DNA from: Lama glama
Lineage: Eukaryota
DNA length: 64,000 bases
Assembly (NCBI GenBank): GCA_028534125.1
Contig: CM052817.1
Coordinates: forward strand, 92,940,001 to 93,004,000
Direction of reading: 5' to 3'
The translations under genes and the position numbers were made by a program. The notes beneath the pieces are model-generated. The model was not told the DNA's origin and did no database searches. It saw nothing but the letters and a program-made list of their open reading frames with translations. Positions 11,981 to 24,550 of the stretch are shown piece after piece; within the stretch, counting starts at the first letter, position 1, and each line of letters opens with the position of its first letter.

Positions 11981-12459
11981 GTGTTATCTTTCTTTGCAAA
12001 GGGGTATCTAGAGTAGTTTGAACAATATCTGCCTTTTCCTTCTCGTTCTAAAACTCACGTTACGGAGAGAGTATCATTTCCATGCCTTGGTGACTTGTCA
12101 TGGTCCTTTCCAAGTGTGTACCAGTTTCCAACATTTGCTCTTCTGTGTTTTCAGTGTCATAAAATATCCCCTAGAGTACCCATACTGGGAATTTTTCTGC
12201 CTGTGTGACTTCTTCTGGGACATCTTTTTGTCACAGCCACTTTTCTCATTCATGTCAATAAGGTCACCTTTGCTAAGTGCCTTTTGTCGTGTAGCTGGAA
12301 TCTCTGAAACAGAAGAGGTGTCAACACTCCCGTGTCAACATCCCCATCTTCTAATCACATCCAAGTTCACTTTCAGTGTTACCACTTTCTGCACTTTCGT
12401 CTGTGGGCCAGTTTCCCCTTTTGCTTGTCCTTTTTTGTAAAATGGGAGGCAAGGAGATG

Positions 12460-12570
12460 ACACATCCCTGCGGTTTCCTGCCTTTGCGTGACTGTATAAC
12501 AGGTATGCAGTAGCCAATCACTGACAGACCTGGCAAAGAATGAGACCGGTCACTGACCAAGATGCACGTT
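12460..12570 (+). promoter_or_regulatory. Candidate enhancer or alternative promoter
   Basis: Unique sequence with RUNX TGCGGT (12469-12474), ETS-like TTCCTG, AhR XRE TTGCGTG (12484-12490), NF-Y AGCCAATCA (12512-12520), donor CAG|gtatgc at 12503 and several CpGs. Confidence 0.35.
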
Positions 12571-13016
12571 TATGGAGTTATGTGTAGACTAGAGAGCTAG
12601 CACCAGAGTTTTTAATTTATGCAGTCATTCACCTTTAACACATCATGGCGACTAAAATTTGAACTGAGCTGTTGGAGGACTGGTATTGCTTAACTAAACC
12701 ATGGTCATTAAAATTTGTGCCTAGCATAACTGTGTAAAGTAAGGACTGCCTGAATTAACCAAGCAGGACAATGACAAATTGTAGAAGGAACTGTAGACTT
12801 GGTGGGAAAGCAGAAATTTTCATAGTATATCAGATACATATATGCAGTATATATAAATATCAGCACAGATTCACATATTAAAAAATAAGGAGGTGGAGTT
12901 GATCCTCAGAATTCTATTTCATGTGTTTTGTTTCATTTTGGGTGGTGGGTGATTATTCAAACTTGAGTCTGAGGCACACACGAATGTGTATGTTCTGTGG
13001 ATTTTCATTCCCACAG

Positions 13017-13155
13017 GAACCGGCCAATTCCTTGTGATTCAGGCAGAGACCAGTGCTTTACTTGAGAAATTCTAAAGCTAGGAGATGCTTTGTAGTGTAA
13101 ACTGATCAATTGTGGCTCAGTAATTGGCTTCTTCACCTTGCTGGTACTTCCGTTG
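13017..13155 (+). other. Candidate non-coding (5'UTR or lncRNA) exon
   Basis: Acceptor ttttcattcccacag|G and donor TTG|gtaaga; 139 bp with stops in all three frames. Confidence 0.3.
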
Positions 13156-13399
13156 GTAAGAACCTTACTCAATTTAGTTATCAACCTAATTTACTCTGTT
13201 AACGCCAAAAAAATGTTTATCTGGTGGCAAAACAGACTCCTGGCCTTTGCCCTTCCTTATTCTGGTCTTGTTTTCCAACAGAATTTTATTTTATCTGATT
13301 CCACTATGGTCTAGTGCACCAAGTTACGTTTGGTGGAGGGATTTTTGGAGCTCTGTGTACTTCTGTGCTTCTGTCGAGAACAGAAGTGCAGAGAAAGGG

Positions 13400-14185
13400 C
13401 GTGGAAAGAGCCCAGGCTTGGAACCCAGCCCAAGACTCGACTTGGGTGTGGACTCCTGTGTGATCGCCCACAGACTGTGATCTGGGGCAACCTGGGTCCT
13501 CTGTCAACTTCAGTTTCCTCAGTCCTAATGTTGGAGGAGAATAGGTTCTTGCCTCACGCGGAAAGAATTCAAGAGCAAAGCATGGTAAAGTGAAAGCAAG
13601 TTCATTTAGAGAGAGACACACTTCACAGAGAGCAGGATCTGTCTCACTCAGAAGGGAAACCCGCTTAGGGGATACACACTCCATAGACAGAATGTGGCCC
13701 ATCTCAGAAAGGTGAGAGGAGAGAAGAGCCGAGAGGTGTAGGGTGTTTAAAGTGAAAGTAGATAAACATTCCATAGACAGAGTGCAGGCCATCTCACAAG
13801 GCAAGAGAGAGCGACAGAGCAGAGTGACCACAGGGTATGGAATTGTTAGATTTTATGGGCTTGGTAATTTCATATGCTAATGAGTAGGAGGATTATTCCA
13901 ACTACTTTGGGGAAGGGACAGGGATTTCCAGGAAATGCCCCCCACCCACTTTTTGACCTTTTATGGTCAGCTGGGGACCTGTCATGGCACCGTGGGTGCA
14001 CCATGAGGCTCAAGGTCTACTGGAAGTTGAATCTTCTGCCATCTTGGTTCTAACCAGTCCGTCCTGTCCTCAACTGCTATGTCATTCCTTCACTGGTTGT
14101 GCTCTGCCCCCTTTCCTCCCACTTCACTAATATAAATCCTTTCCCTTTCCACACCTACCACTGACCTCATTCAGGATGAAGTGCT
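13400..14185 (+). mobile_element. MIR SINE split by the LTR insertion
   Basis: 'ctgtgatctggggcaa...cttcagtttcctcagtc' lies left of the LTR and a decayed MIR continuation ('...aggatgaagtg') lies right of it. Confidence 0.55.
13529..14126 (-). mobile_element. ERV1 solo LTR, MER41-like
   Basis: TG...CA termini and a 4-bp TSD CTAA (13525-13528, 14127-14130). The minus strand shows MER41 blocks in order: aaccaagatggc, cccacggtgccatgacag, ttcctggaaatccctgtccctt, gaataatcc...ttagcatat, cttgctttcacttta. Confidence 0.85.
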
Positions 14186-14842
14186 CTGGGGACTTGAGCA
14201 CTAGCTCCAGTTGCTGGATGCCGGCTGCCCAGAGCACTCACTCTTTTAAGAAAAACAGGAAGCTAATCAGTGTTCCTTGCAAAAGAATTCTGCCGCAGTT
14301 AGTCTTGTCCGTGATGGTTGTGGAAATGAGAGTGGTGACAGAACTGTGCATTTTTTGGACCCTGGACTAGAGACTCTGCACTAATATCTAAAATTAGTTA
14401 GAATTTTAACTATTCTGAAATCAGGTAACATTTTCATGGAAGAACATCTGATAGGACTGCCAGTTGTTTATTCCTGGTACAATCAACTATGGCTGGTGGA
14501 GGCAGGAGGGACCCGAGTACACAGAGTCGTTCCTTCTATAGAGCAGTTCGTCCCTCTAAGGGAACAGATGTGTGGGGCAGGTAGCAAAACATGTCTAGTA
14601 CTTCTAAGTTTATTGCATCCTGAGGTGACTGTTTTGAGATGATAGCATCTATTTGGATATGGGGCATTGGCCCTATTTGTTCAGTCAGGTTTAATGTACA
14701 GTCATGCCTTGAAGAGCAGAATTGTGTTCACATCCTTCAGTGCCGCCCACTGACATAGTGCCTCGTTCTCCTTTCAGTGCACACACCTGTCCAAAGCCGC
14801 TTGTTTGGTGTTAAGGAAAAATTAACTTAATGAATCGTCTTC

Positions 14843-15316
14843 TTTTTAAAAAAATTTTTTTATTGAAGTATAGTCGGTTTACAATGTTGTGTTTGTTTCT
14901 GGTGTAGAGCATGGTGACTCAGTTATACATAAATATATATATATATATTTCTTTTCATATTATTTTTTCTTATAGGCTATTACAAAGTATTGAATATAGT
15001 CCCCTGTGCTATAGAGTAGGACCTTGCTGTTTATCTATTTTATATACAGTAGTTAGTATCTGCTAATCCCAAACTTCCAATTTATCCCTCCACCCCTCCC
15101 TTTCCCCCTGGTAACCATAAGTTTGTTTTCTATGTCTGTGAATCTGTTTCTGTTTCGTAAATAAGTTCATTTGTGTCATTTTTTAAAGATTCCATATGTA
15201 TGTGATACCATATATTTTTCTTCTCTGTCTGACTTACTTCACTTACTATGACAGTCTCCAGGTCCATTCATATTGCTGCAAATGGCATTATTTTATTATT
15301 TTTTATGGCTGAGTAG
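14843..15316 (-). mobile_element. L1 3' end (artiodactyl type), 5'-truncated, with TSD
   Basis: Poly-T plus typical 3'UTR; TSD ttaatgaatcgtcttc (14827-14842) / ttaatgaatgttcttc (15317-15332). Confidence 0.92.
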
Positions 15317-15901
15317 TTAATGAATGTTCTTCTTGCCAGTGACTTGCTAAGTCACTCTAAGATTAAAACACTATTATTGCTAGGAGGGAAAGTGACAAGC
15401 ATTACAATAAAGGCAAGTTCTTTGCATCTTGATTTCTTCCAAAATTATGCTTGGACTGCCCTTACCTCCTCAGTCGCAGACTGTTTCGGCAAACTGAACA
15501 ATTTACTATGAAAGATCTAGGAACTAGAGGAGGCAGTGGGAGGGAGGAAAGGTGTGCAGGACTGTGTGCGTGAGGCAAATGTTCTGGCACTCTCCCTGCC
15601 CATCTCTCCACCAGTAGACTCTTCTCTCTCTTTTCCTGTATTTCTTTCCTCTTTCTTCTCTTCCATCCTTTTAAAAAAAAAATTCCTCATTCTTTTTTCA
15701 CTTGTTTTTAAATCTGCCTCCAGGCATCACGTTGTCGGGGCTGCTGTGCACTTGCCCTGGGGTGCACAGAAGAATTAGCAAGGGTATCTCTCTGGCATTT
15801 GAGAGCATGACTTCTCTGTAATTTACTACATCTGTTATGATGCAAAGGGCTTTTCCTACCTAACTGCTGAGCTTCCTTTCTCTCATCTCTAATACCAACT
15901 A

Positions 15902-16374
15902 CAGATCTTCCTCAATTTACGATGGGGTTACGTGCTGATAAACCCATCATAAGCTGAAAATATCGTAAGTCAAAACTGTATTTAATGCCACTAACCTACT
16001 GAACATTGTAGCTTAGCCTCGCCTACCTTAAACAAGCTCAGAACACTTGACTACAGCTGGGCAAAATCATCCAACACAGAGCCTATCTTATAATAAAGTG
16101 TTGCCTGTCTTATGTAACGTATTGAGTACAGTACTGAGGGTATATGGATACAGAATGGGTGTCAGTCATTTCCCCTGTTGATCACATGGCTGGCTGAGAG
16201 CTGCGGCTGCCACTGACCAGCATCTTGAGAGAATACTGTATGCAAGTTGCTAGCCCGGGAAAAATCAAAGCTCAAAATTCAAAGTTCGGTTTCTACTGTG
16301 AATGTGTATTGCTTTTGCACCATGATAAAGTCAAAAAGTCATTAAGTTGAACCATCGTAAGTCAGAACTGTCTG
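15902..16374 (+). mobile_element. MER47/Tigger5-family DNA transposon
   Basis: Starts cagatcttcctcaatttacgatggggttacgtgctgataaacccatc and ends ccatcgtaagtcagaactgtctg (inverted ends); TA TSDs. Confidence 0.85.
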
Positions 16375-17829
16375 TATAGGTTATTTCTTTCTCACCTATT
16401 CCCACCGTCTGCTCCAGTGTTCAAGTGCATGTTTATGCTTTAGTGCTGCAGAGGACTTGGCATCAGCCGAAAGGAACTGAGCCTTACACTGCAGGGTTCC
16501 TTTGCACAGATTTAAACCATTAAACAGCCCTTTCTAGACACCTCCAGCATCGCTCCCTCCTCGGCTCTTGCCGTTTCTTCCTAGACCCTTCCATGTCTTC
16601 AAAGCACAAAGTTCTCCGTGGTGCTTTGAAGGCGCCGCCCATTCTCCAGGGTCCTGGTCCCAGGCTGAGCCATTGCCTTTGGCCTCGTTTTGGCTTCTGG
16701 ACAGTTTTTATTCTTTCAGGTTTAAATCCTGGCTTATCCTTCCTGTGACTTCTGATTAAAGTGCCTTTTCTTTCCTTTGCTATTTTTTTCTTTTCTTTTC
16801 TTGTAGTTTTCTTTACCATCTTTGCAGATTCTGCCTGGTCTCTGACTGATTCTTTTATTTTTTTTTTTCCCTTCCAATTTTCCCTCAAATGATTGTTCTC
16901 ACAGATCATGTAAAAGCCTGATGAACTGAGGATTGAGATATCCTGGATTGCTTCTTTCTGATCTCGGTGCCTTTTTGTAGAATGTGCCCCAGTTCTGACA
17001 TCTTAAGTAACAGCAGTTTAAATTTTAACAAAACTCATTTTTTAATCCTCCCCATCTGTCTCCCTTCCCAGTGTTGTTGACTAGCTCTCATTTTAGAGCC
17101 TCTTAAGACCATTAGTGGTCGTTACCACTTCCTCCCAGTACCAAGTTAGTCGATTTTGGAAAAATGATCGATTTTAGACATGTCTTACCTTTGCATGTCA
17201 TCTTCTAGAAGGGGTATGAGTAGTAATAGGTCTCTGTTTGGCATTGTTTCTTTCCCAAATATTTAGAAAGACATTCTGTCTGCTATTGTATCTTTGGTGG
17301 TTGAGATTCTTCATAAACATCTTTTAATCTTACCATTTTGTGAAAGACCTACACTGGATAAATTATGAGCTCAGTGCTTATAATGTTCAGATTAATATTT
17401 GTCATCTGTTTTACAAAACAAGTATTTCTTTCACTTGAGAACGACCAGGTTCTGTTTGTTTATAACTAGTAAAATAAACAATTTATTGTATATTTTGTTC
17501 TCTTTTCTATTCTGAAGCAAACTTTCTTATGAGTGTATGAATTTAATGACAGAGTAAATATCTAATGAGATGATTATTTTTGCATCTTGCATTAAATTGT
17601 ATATTCCTTTTAGGACATGGGACAGTTATTCATCCTCATCACTCAGAAAGTGCCTGAAATAAATTTGGTCCTCATTAAATACTTCAATAATTGCAGCATC
17701 AGTGAAAAATTTGTGAACGTTCAAATTTGGAATTAATGTACCATTCTTGTTAAACATTCTTGTCTGTTTCAGTTCTGGTAAAATTATTTAGAGGTATACA
17801 TCATATAACTCAGGAAACCAAGGCTTAGT

Positions 17830-17965
17830 AAAGAGAATGGTGGGCTTGGATTTAGAAGACATGAAATCAAAGCTCGGTCCTGCTACTCTTCAAACTTTAT
17901 GAACCTCGATTTCCTCAAATGTTACAAAGGGAATAATATGTCTGAAAGTGTTAGTGGGAAAAATA
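17830..17965 (+). mobile_element. MIR SINE fragment
   Basis: 'gggcttggatttagaagac...tgctact...aacctcgatttcctcaaatg...gggaataata'. Confidence 0.55.
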
Positions 17966-18204
17966 AATCAGAGAAGAAAGTTTTTTTCACTGTGTTGAAA
18001 GGCATATAATAAGTACTTTAAAAAATACTAGAAGCTTCCTTGCTTTCCATTATCCATTCTTTAAGATATAAGAATAAAGATTTACAGATATTTAATTCTT
18101 CTCAGAAAAAAAAGTATTTAATTCTACCTTTAAAAAAATCTATCTTTTGACTTTTGAAGATCAGTGCAATGGAAGGAATTTTTTTTTTCTTAGCATCAAA
18201 TGAT

Positions 18205-19035
18205 CTGGAGGACTTTTGCTTCTGGGAATGACAGACCAAGGTTTTAGTAGAAGACTCCGTTGCAGAAAGCGACTAAGAAACTTGGGCTTAATACAAAGCA
18301 ACTGCTTGAAGAATGAACAGAGCAATCTTGTGTACACACTCAGAAGCTAGAACAATAGGGCTGTGAGCAGCAGTTCCTCATTTTTTCAGCTTTTAGCCTG
18401 GAACTAAATACAGTCTGCACAATTCCTGCAGGGGAGGCAGGAACAACAGTGGGAACACATACCGGCTTTCTGGCCGAGGGAACCAGGAGACCGAAGCCAG
18501 GGAAATGTGTCTACTGAAAGGAGTAGGGGAATCCCAGAATGGGAAGATCCAAAAATTTTGTCTGTCCACATATCCGGCTCATCTCTAGTCCATGCTGTGT
18601 TGAACAGACTCAGAGCAGCTCAGCTAGAGAAGAAGTCTGAAGAGGGACAGGAGCTGCTGCCCCCAAATCAGAATCTCAAATTAAGCCCAGCCGAAATAAT
18701 TACCTGCAAAAAAGAAAGAAACAAAATGTGTTGGAAAACAGAACAATGTTCAGAATCCCCACAATGTAACATTCAAAATATGCAGCATAAAGTCTAAAAT
18801 TACTTGGCATAAGAAGATGGAACATCTTTGCAAGAGAAAAGAAAATCAAATGCATCGAATTCTGAGATGAACCAGAATTTAGAATTAGCAGACAAGGATT
18901 TTAAGTAGCTATTAAAACCATCCTTACTTAATGAGGTGAGACAAATTTCTCACCGTGAAGCAGGAGATATGAAATCCCAGCATATAAATGGAAATGTTAG
19001 AGGAACCAAATGAAAATTCCAGAACTGAAAGTTGC
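18205..19035 (+). mobile_element. Old L1M 5'/ORF1 region remnant
   Basis: 'aaaattacttggcataagaag', 'gagatgaaccagaatttagaattagcagacaaggattttaagtagctatt', 'aaccaaatgaaaattccagaactgaaa' are typical of L1M ORF1 upstream sequence. Confidence 0.7.
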
Positions 19036-19264
19036 ATAGATAACAATAAATCTCACCAATTTGTCATGAGATTGTTGGTAATTCATCTAGTACAGCGCCT
19101 GATATAGATATTTTCTATTTCCCGTGTTCGTCAGCTATTCAGTCATGATAACATGACAGTCATTATATTGGGTCCAGCTTAGCCTTCAAGGTCTGTTCTT
19201 TAATTGATGCCCAATGTCCTGCTGGAGCAGATACCACCACCACCATCATCATCATCAGTATTAT

Positions 19265-19712
19265 TTTGGTGGCTTGAACAGTAAAAGTGTATCATCTTTC
19301 AGTTCTGCAGGTCAGAAATCTGACACTGATGTACAATCAAGGTGTTGGCAGGGCTGTATTCCCTTCCAGTGGAAATTCTAGTGGAAAATCCATTCCTTGC
19401 CTTCTCCAGCTTCTGGGGGCCACCTGCATTTTTGTCTTATGACCCCCTTCCTCCATCTGAAAACTAGCAGTGAATGACAGAGTCCTTTTCATGAGGCCAG
19501 CTCTTCTGGTCTCTGCAGCCTGGGAAGGTTCTAGGCTTTTAAACATTCTGTAGTTAGACTGGTTCTACCAATGATCAGGATAATCTCCTCACCTCAAAAT
19601 CATCACCTTTAATCACCTCTGCAAAATCCTTTTTGCTGTGTAGGGTAATGTATTCATAGGTTCTGGATTCTAGGATGTGGACATTTTTGGTGGACGGTAG
19701 TCATTTATCTCT
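19265..19712 (-). mobile_element. MLT1D/E-type MaLR LTR
   Basis: 'ggtggcttgaacag...cagttctgcaggtcagaaatc...aatcaaggtgttggcagggctg...ttaatcacctctgcaaaatcc...ggatgtggacat'. Confidence 0.85.
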
Positions 19713-19837
19713 CCTTTGTTTCTTATGTTCTCTCTTCTTGAGCTCTTAATAGGCAGATATTGGTCTTCTGTATCACTTAACTTTTCTGACATGTTTTCCT
19801 TCTCCTTGACCCTTTGATTGTTTTATGCCTTGTCCAA

Positions 19838-21160
19838 TTTTTTCAGATTGAATTTTTATTTTAGAACAATTTCAGATTTACACCAACATTGTGAAGATAG
19901 TATAGGAGTTCCTTATACCCTGTACCTAGTTTCTCCTATTATAAGTATCTTACATAACGAAGGTATATTTATTTTTTTACAATCAATGGAGCAATATTGA
20001 TGCATTATCATTAACTAAAGTCCGTACTTTATTTGGGTCCCACGATTTTCCCCTGATGTTCTTTTTTGTTGCTGTTCCAGGGTCCCATCCAGGGTACCAA
20101 ATTACATTTAGTCATCATGCCTCTTCAGCTCCTCTTGGCTATGACAATTTCTCAGACTTTCCTTGTTTTTGATGACCTTGAGAGTTTTAAGGACTGATAG
20201 GTATTTTGTGGAATGCCTCCCCACTGGGACTTGCCACATGTTTTCCTCATGATTTGCCTGGGGTTGTAGGTTTTTGGGAAGAAGTAACTGCTATTCTCAT
20301 TACATCACATCAAGAGCATACTGCTAACATGATTTATCCCTATTGATGTTAACCTTGCTTACCTGGTTGAGGAGGGTTTTGCCCACCCTCTTTCCATCCT
20401 GTTCTCTTTGGAGGGCAGTCACTATGCGTAGCCCATACCAAAGGAGTGGGGAGTCCTGCTCCACCTCCTCGCGAGTGAAGTATCCGTATAAATTATTTGG
20501 AATTCTTTTGCAAGAGAGATTTGTTCCTTTTCCCCACTTGTTTACTTGTTCAGCCCTTTGTTTATATCTGTGTGTGACTCGTGGGTATTTATTTTATATT
20601 TGTGTTATGATTCAACATTATGTATTTGTTTGTGCAGCGTTTTCCCCTTGCGGCCTTTGGGAGCTCTTTCAGTGAGTGCCAGTATCCTTGTTAACATTAC
20701 CCCCATCATTGCAGGCTCTGTTTTTTGTTTGCTTGCTTGTTTTTGAGCACTTGCTTACCTTCTGGCCCTGCACGGCGCTACAGGCTCAGCTTGCACACTT
20801 CCTGTCCTAGTCCTAGACGCAGACGTTTCTCCAAGGGTCCTTGATTCCTTTTATTGAAGAAGCACATAAGAAACCAAGATCTTTGCACTGCGTGTGCTTG
20901 TTACTGCTAGTGTGCTATTGCTCCTCAGCCCTCTCAGCTGGCAGAACATGGAAATACACGGTGTGTACCCATGCCCGTGTGTACACCTGTCTGTAACTAT
21001 TTCTGGAGGTAATCACCCGCATTCCTGTTGGCTCAGGATGACTTTATACTGCTGTCCTCAACTCTATTCCTCCACCACATGGAACATTCTAGCCTACTCC
21101 TCTTTCTTATCTGTAACCTCCTACTCCAACGGTGAGAAACCTAACTCCCACTAATACCAC
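19838..21160 (-). mobile_element. L1MC/L1MD 3' end
   Basis: 'ttttagaacaatttcagatttacac...gatagtataggagttcc...cagggtcccatccagg...tttctcagactttccttgtttttgatgaccttga'. Confidence 0.85.
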
Positions 21161-21169
21161 TTTTTGGGC

Positions 21170-21670
21170 TGCTCAGGATTTACTCTTCCTTTGATTGGTA
21201 ATCGTACCCAGAATTTCCCCCATACACCACCCTTGTTACACTCCCCATTCGTATAGTTCAGTGGAGTTGATCCTCCTTAGGATTAATGGTTTCATTCGTC
21301 TACTTGGCCTTGCTAGTTAGCACAGCCTTTCTCCTTGACTGTGGGTTTGGGTTTGGGGAGAGACATATAGCGCAGGTTAGTCCCATCTCAGGACTTCTGC
21401 TGGGGTAAGAAGAGAAGGGAAATTTTCCTTCTGTTGACTTTATTGCTAAGATGATGCAAGTCTACTCACAGGGGAAAGCCTGCCTGAGAAAGATGCAACA
21501 CAAAGGAAAGGCTGACCAAAAGTTGAGTAGAGATACCTTCTTGAGGGTACTGTCTGAAGACCTGGACCCAATCGCACCTCCCCATGAACACTCCCATTGT
21601 GGATCAGAAACTTTCCTATTTTTCTCAAGCCCATTTTGATTTGGATTTATGCCATTTGTAACCAGAATCT
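21170..21670 (+). mobile_element. Old ERVL/MaLR LTR (LTR16-like)
   Basis: 3' end 'ctcaagcccattttgatttggatttatgccatttgtaaccaga' resembles LTR16/MLT1 termini. Confidence 0.5.
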
Positions 21671-24029
21671 CTGTGTCCTTTACCCACCTAGGTTTAACTG
21701 GATTTTATTAAATTTATGATCCTGAGGCACTGGAATGCAACACGCGCATTAGGATAATATCCTTTAATCCTGCAGATTTCAGTAAGCCCAAGATTAACCT
21801 GTAATCTGTGGAGAGTTATACCCTAACACTAGCTTTTCTTTTGTGTGAAAGCTAAGTAGAAATTTTATGCTGATAACTAGAACAATTTTTAATTTAGGCC
21901 ACTAGAAAATAAAATGCCCTGTCTTTAATAATAGACTGTAGCAGACTGAAAAATCATCGAACTTTTGCTTCCTGTCACTCCCTTTTGCATATTTTCTTTT
22001 TTTTCAAACTATCGTTTGTCTGAGAACATGTAAGCTCTAAAATGAATCATTTCCTTATCATTATACTCTTTTTCCATTTGATGTCCTTATTAAATTCTGC
22101 ACTCACAAAGAAAAAGTTCTTGGTATTGTTTAGATCTCTGTTTTAGCTGCATGTTAACATTGAAGAATTTGCTCTTAGAATATAAAAAAAAGGACAATTA
22201 CAATTTCCGTTATCCTATTGACCTCTGTACCTTGTGTGAAATTTTCACCATCATTTAAAATTTTTGATTGCTTACTCTTTGAATGTTTGAGCTAATTCTC
22301 AACTAGAGGCAATGTTTGAAGTAATTACAAACTTCAGGTTGCTAACAGCAGGTGAGAGAATCTGTCGGTTATTTGGTTCTTTTGACCAAAGAATTTGGAA
22401 ACATTGGTGTTAGGAGGATACCTTTATTCACGTCACTGATGTTTCCCTCCAGGCGGAGAGACTTTCATTGTTGCACCAGCTCTGGTCTCTCTACTAACCT
22501 TCACTGGGGCTCCTGAGAGTCACCTGACAGTGAGTGTGGGATGGGGAAGTTTGCATGCCCTGCTCTTTCCTTTCCTCTGCTCTGCCCCTGATCCACCTCC
22601 TCCAGGAAGCATGTAATATCTTCATTATCTCAGCCATCCAGGATAGTAGAGGTAAAGCCCCTGATCCCTGCGGAGCACAGTCTTGTTTCACTCTACGTGT
22701 AATTGTTACCTCTCTTTATAAGCCTTGGATGGTGAGTTTACTTAAAACCGTTTCTGATCTCACCAAGAATGTCCTTAGAAACTGTCAGATCTTTAAAAGG
22801 AAATATGCATCTTTTTCTGACATCTTATCTATGACTCCAGGTCATACCTAAAACAACAGCAATGATAGCACAGCTCTGTGATCTGATCCATGGCCGTAAG
22901 GTATAGGGAAACCTCAGTTTCGAATTTCTTTTCCCCCGTTTACTCTCTGTGCAAAGATGTATTTGGAAATATATGATTGCCATGGACCAGGTGAACTGGA
23001 TGTGATCACATCTTACAGCTCCTCTCTTTTATCCTAAGGGAGAGGAGCTGGTGATGTTGATGGTGTATGAGTCAAGACAGGAGAGGAGAGTGGAAGGAGG
23101 CCATTTTATGTGCTGAGTTGGCTTGGATCTGGCAGAGAAGGTAGTGAGTAAGCTTGCATGGATAAAGGACGGAACAGAAAAGATCGGGGCTGATGGATTA
23201 ACTCAAGGAGTCCTGAGTAAATGAGTTAATTGTTTAGAGGTGATAGAAGAAGAAATGCAACACACTTGTATTTATTTTGTGGCTCTAGACTTTGAAACAT
23301 ATTGGGGTGAAGGGGCTCACTCTCAAACCGTGCTTGTCACTCACTAAGCTACATTAGAATTAAGGCATACAGTTGACACGGAGTTTTTCCTTTGCAACAT
23401 CAGTGGGAAGATTCTTCCAGCCAAAGATAGAACTGTGTGTATGAAGCAGCCAAATGAGTCAAACCAATATTACAACATTTTTTAACAACATTTTTTGATT
23501 TAGCAGTCATTATTGGAAAGGCCAATTGTGCATTGCTATAATCATCCTCCTTTTTTTAAATGGAGATAGAGAGTAGAAAATGTGAAAACACTTGAGAAGC
23601 GAGTCCAGACATTCTGTAGACTATGAAAAGGTGCGTATTTAGCATCCATCTCCAGTGCTGCTGAGATTTTCCCACGAGCATCACCTAGAGATTCTTGGCA
23701 AAAAGAAGGTAGTGGAATCTCTGGGCAGCTCTTGCCCTCAGCTGTAATGGATGTGCCAAACCTCAGAGTATCTGGCAAACCACTGCCCATTCTCTTTTTT
23801 TTTTTCACTTTAGATATGCCCAGTTCATTGTATGCCAATTTTAATTCAATTAAAAATACAAAATAAAGGTACACACACTGGTAGATGTAGATACAGAAAA
23901 CAAAGATTGTTTTTTTAAAATGTGATCTGTGACCCCTAAGGTACAGAATATTGTAGACCATGGCTTCCTTCTTGTCTAAAGATTTTATGAAAGATATTCC
24001 ATTTTTAATGACTCTTGAGTGAAATTCAC

Positions 24030-24550
24030 CTGCCTCTCACCCCGATGGGAGGATGGCCATGTGACTCTGATGATTCTTACCCCAATTCTAATGGGATGAA
24101 GCTGGTTAGATTTAGGGAGAGTAACTGACCCAAGGGAGGTCGTTCTAAGACTAGCCAGAGTGCTGTTATGTGTGTGGTCTGTTTTAAGGGGAAAAAATAA
24201 AAGCCAGTCTAATCCTCTACTTCAGGAATTTGAACTAAGTTTTAGTTGACAGTGTTGTTTGAGGTGGAAGTTGGGACACGTGGCTATAATGGGCAGAAAC
24301 TGTGAATACTCAAAGAAGCATGTTGACAGGGGTGGAATGGATATGTAGAGAGAAGCAGAGAAAGACACCTGCCTTTGACACCTTGAGAAAGAATCCATTA
24401 GACGCAAAGGAGTCTGAAGGAGTACCCCGTCCTTAGACTGGCTGCAGGTCCTAGGAATGTGCTCATTCCTGTCCATGGATCTCCTTTCAATAAGTCCTCT
24501 TTTCCTGGAAGTTTGTTGAGTGGGTCTCCGTTCCTTGAATCCAAACCGCC
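24030..24550 (+). mobile_element. Old ERVL-type LTR remnant
   Basis: 'ggatggccatgtgact' near the start; 3' 'aataagtcctcttttcc...gagtgggtctccgttccttgaatccaaa'. Confidence 0.45.
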
